Part shown: positions 62,391 to 64,000 of the stretch, piece by piece | Numbering within the stretch: the first letter of the stretch is position 1 | Layout of the letters: every line of letters begins with the position of its first letter | IMG/VR virus record: IMGVR_UViG_3300044640_000771 | Source: a virus | Lineage: Duplodnaviria > Heunggongvirae > Uroviricota > Caudoviricetes | Strand: one strand, 5' to 3' | Length of the DNA: 64,000 nucleotides | Notes under the pieces: model-generated | Seen by the model: the letters and a program-made list of their open reading frames with translations, nothing else | What the model was told of the DNA's origin: nothing | Database searches by the model: none | Translations under genes and position numbers: made by a program

Positions 62391-63872
62391 TTAATCAGTA
62401 ATGTCAGGTAAAGCTAATCCTGAAGTCGGTATAGTTACACCAGATGATAGACGATCAACAGGTGAAGAGCTTGAGAAATCTGCAAGGTTAAAAGTAGGGA
62501 TAATCAAGTCTTTATTCAGCAACGTAAAACAGTCGCTTACACAGTCAACTTGGTCATCTTTTGTCTTACCTGAACCATCGAAGATTTCCAGTTCATCATA
62601 GAAATCCTTATTCCAGTGACCTTCAACTACATGCACGAAACCTGCCTGTGCTACACTAGCAAAAGGAGCAAATCGAGTTACCTTAGATTTGACAGGCTTC
62701 TGCAGCTTGCACAAGTAACCCATTTCTGCTAATCTACGCTGTAGATCACGAGCATAAGCCGCAGCAGCAGCGTTAGGGTCTTGAGGAATAGAAATCGTAA
62801 CGTCCATTCCATCCATCAAGGCAGTCTTGAAGATTAGTTGTTCTACTTCGTGTACTCTGTCCCTTAGACCTACTACATCTTCTACAGTGTAAATCTTAGT
62901 CTTTTCATCCTTGGAAATCAGAACCCCTCTAGTCCAGTCAGGATTAGGATATTGTTCTGAAGGCTTAGAGAAAGCCAAGTCCCATGCACGAATTCTCTTC
63001 TTTGCGTGAATGTTAGGATGCGGAACTTCCTTTACCCAATCTCGCTTGAATAGTCCAGAAGCTTCAGGTCTTGCAAACCAAGAACCAAGTAGCAGTCGTT
63101 CCATTTCTACGCGAGGCATAGACATTAGACGGCTAATATAGTCTGGTTGAGCCTTAAGCAGTGGAGGATTATCCTTACAAGTAGCAGGGATGAATGTAAA
63201 TGAAGAAATACCAGACTCTGCACCCTTACCGTGAACAGCTTCAGCTTCTTCCAGTGAATTGTACCAGAGCATACTATTGCTCTGACGGAAGAAGTATCGC
63301 TTGACACCAGCGAGTTCATCTTTAGGAATTCCAGTCATCGGATCAAGATAGAAGTCTTGAATCCACATTCTCAGGAATGAGTGATAATCAGGGTTAGTCA
63401 TCAAGAACATCTGTGGTCTATAATCTACATAAGCATTACGCATACGAGATAGCAAGTAAACCACCATGTCTTCAGTAAAGTCGGTAGCTTCGTCAAAAGC
63501 TACGAAAGAATATTGTCCACCCTTGTGGGAATACATATCGGAAGCATGTTGCATGTGAGAGAACTTAAGTAGTGCTCCGTTGGGAAACACAATCTCATTC
63601 TCTCTGTGACGGATACGAAGACCTGTCTTATAAATGCTTGTGTACATATTCACTGCTTCGTGCCAGATTGAACCTGGAGCAGTAATCATCTTACTAGTTC
63701 TACGGAAGATAACTCCAGTAGCTCTAGGGTGTTGCATGAATCGCAACGCAATTAAAAGTGAAGTATAGGTTTTACCTGAACCGGCGGCACCGCCGCACAG
63801 AGTAATATCTGTGTCACTGTTCAAAAATAATTCCTGCTTTTTACTAGCAGGTGCTAAAATCAGATTACTCAT
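62391..63872 (-). CDS. terminase large subunit
   Basis: Walker A LCGGAAGSGKTY. Walker B-like FVAFDEATD. C-terminal nuclease region. Likely ATG start at 63872 (the ORF track uses a TTG at 63899). Confidence 0.85.
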   Translation of the reverse strand: MSNLILAPASKKQELFLNSDTDITLCGGAAGSGKTYTSLLIALRFMQHPRATGVIFRRTSKMITAPGSIWHEAVNMYTSIYKTGLRIRHRENEIVFPNGALLKFSHMQHASDMYSHKGGQYSFVAFDEATDFTEDMVVYLLSRMRNAYVDYRPQMFLMTNPDYHSFLRMWIQDFYLDPMTGIPKDELAGVKRYFFRQSNSMLWYNSLEEAEAVHGKGAESGISSFTFIPATCKDNPPLLKAQPDYISRLMSMPRVEMERLLLGSWFARPEASGLFKRDWVKEVPHPNIHAKKRIRAWDLAFSKPSEQYPNPDWTRGVLISKDEKTKIYTVEDVVGLRDRVHEVEQLIFKTALMDGMDVTISIPQDPNAAAAAYARDLQRRLAEMGYLCKLQKPVKSKVTRFAPFASVAQAGFVHVVEGHWNKDFYDELEIFDGSGKTKDDQVDCVSDCFTLLNKDLIIPTFNLADFSSSSPVDRLSSGVTIPTSGLALPDITD

Positions 63873-63877
63873 TATAT

Positions 63878-64000
63878 CATGAATTGTCAGGAGAATCAAG
63901 GACTCTTAGAGACAACATCGGAGTATTATTTTCTTCTTGTACTTCGGTAGCAGCGTCCTCTGCTTCATCTTCTCCGCCATATAGGTCTAGAGATAGTTTT
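63878..64000 (-). CDS. partial CDS (C-terminal end; possibly small terminase subunit)
   Basis: Minus-strand frame ...KLSLDLYGGEDEAEDAATEVQEENNTPMLSLRVLDSPDNS-stop ends 3 nt before the terminase ATG. Confidence 0.3.

Overview
This 64 kb window is a segment of a large, AT-leaning (about 41-42% GC) virulent tailed phage genome. It reads as two blocks that converge on a bidirectional terminator near 32.35 kb. The left block (about 3.7-32.3 kb, mostly + strand) is a long early/middle cluster of replication, nucleotide-metabolism and tRNA genes. A short - strand cluster lies at 1-3.3 kb. The right block (32.4-64 kb, - strand) is the late region of structural and lysis genes.

**Left block (replication and metabolism):**
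- Replication and repair: ATP-dependent DNA ligase, T7 gp4-like primase-helicase, a compact family-B DNA polymerase, SSB, 5'-3' flap exonuclease, Endo VII-like resolvase and a DEDD 3'-5' exonuclease.
- Nucleotide metabolism: NrdA/NrdB, thioredoxin, a MazG-like protein and two CDA-fold deaminases.
- NAD-related: a PRPP-synthetase-like gene next to a NAMPT-like gene, which is the signature of a phage NAD+ reconstitution (NARP1-type Adps/Namat) counter-defence module. Close by are a macro-domain protein and a nucleotidyltransferase-fold protein.
- Also present: an rIIA/rIIB pair, and a tRNA cluster with two clean tRNAs (Arg-UCU, Lys-UUU), several aberrant tRNA-like elements and an embedded HNH gene.

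**Right block (late region):**
- The head module follows lambda order: terminase, portal, S78-like protease, scaffold, gpD-like decoration protein and gpE-like capsid protein.
- The tail and lysis genes follow: head-tail and tail genes, gpG/gpT-like chaperones, a 2026-aa tape measure protein, a Dit-like protein, tail fibres with BNR/Asp-box repeats and a lysis cassette.
- About 8 kb of duplicated beta-rich, lectin-like and 14-residue-repeat genes sit between portal and protease, in an unusual position.

Six free-standing homing endonuclease genes (HNH and GIY-YIG) are scattered through both blocks. Consensus sigma70-like promoters and several rho-independent terminators are visible. All hand-derived coordinates are approximate to within a few nucleotides.
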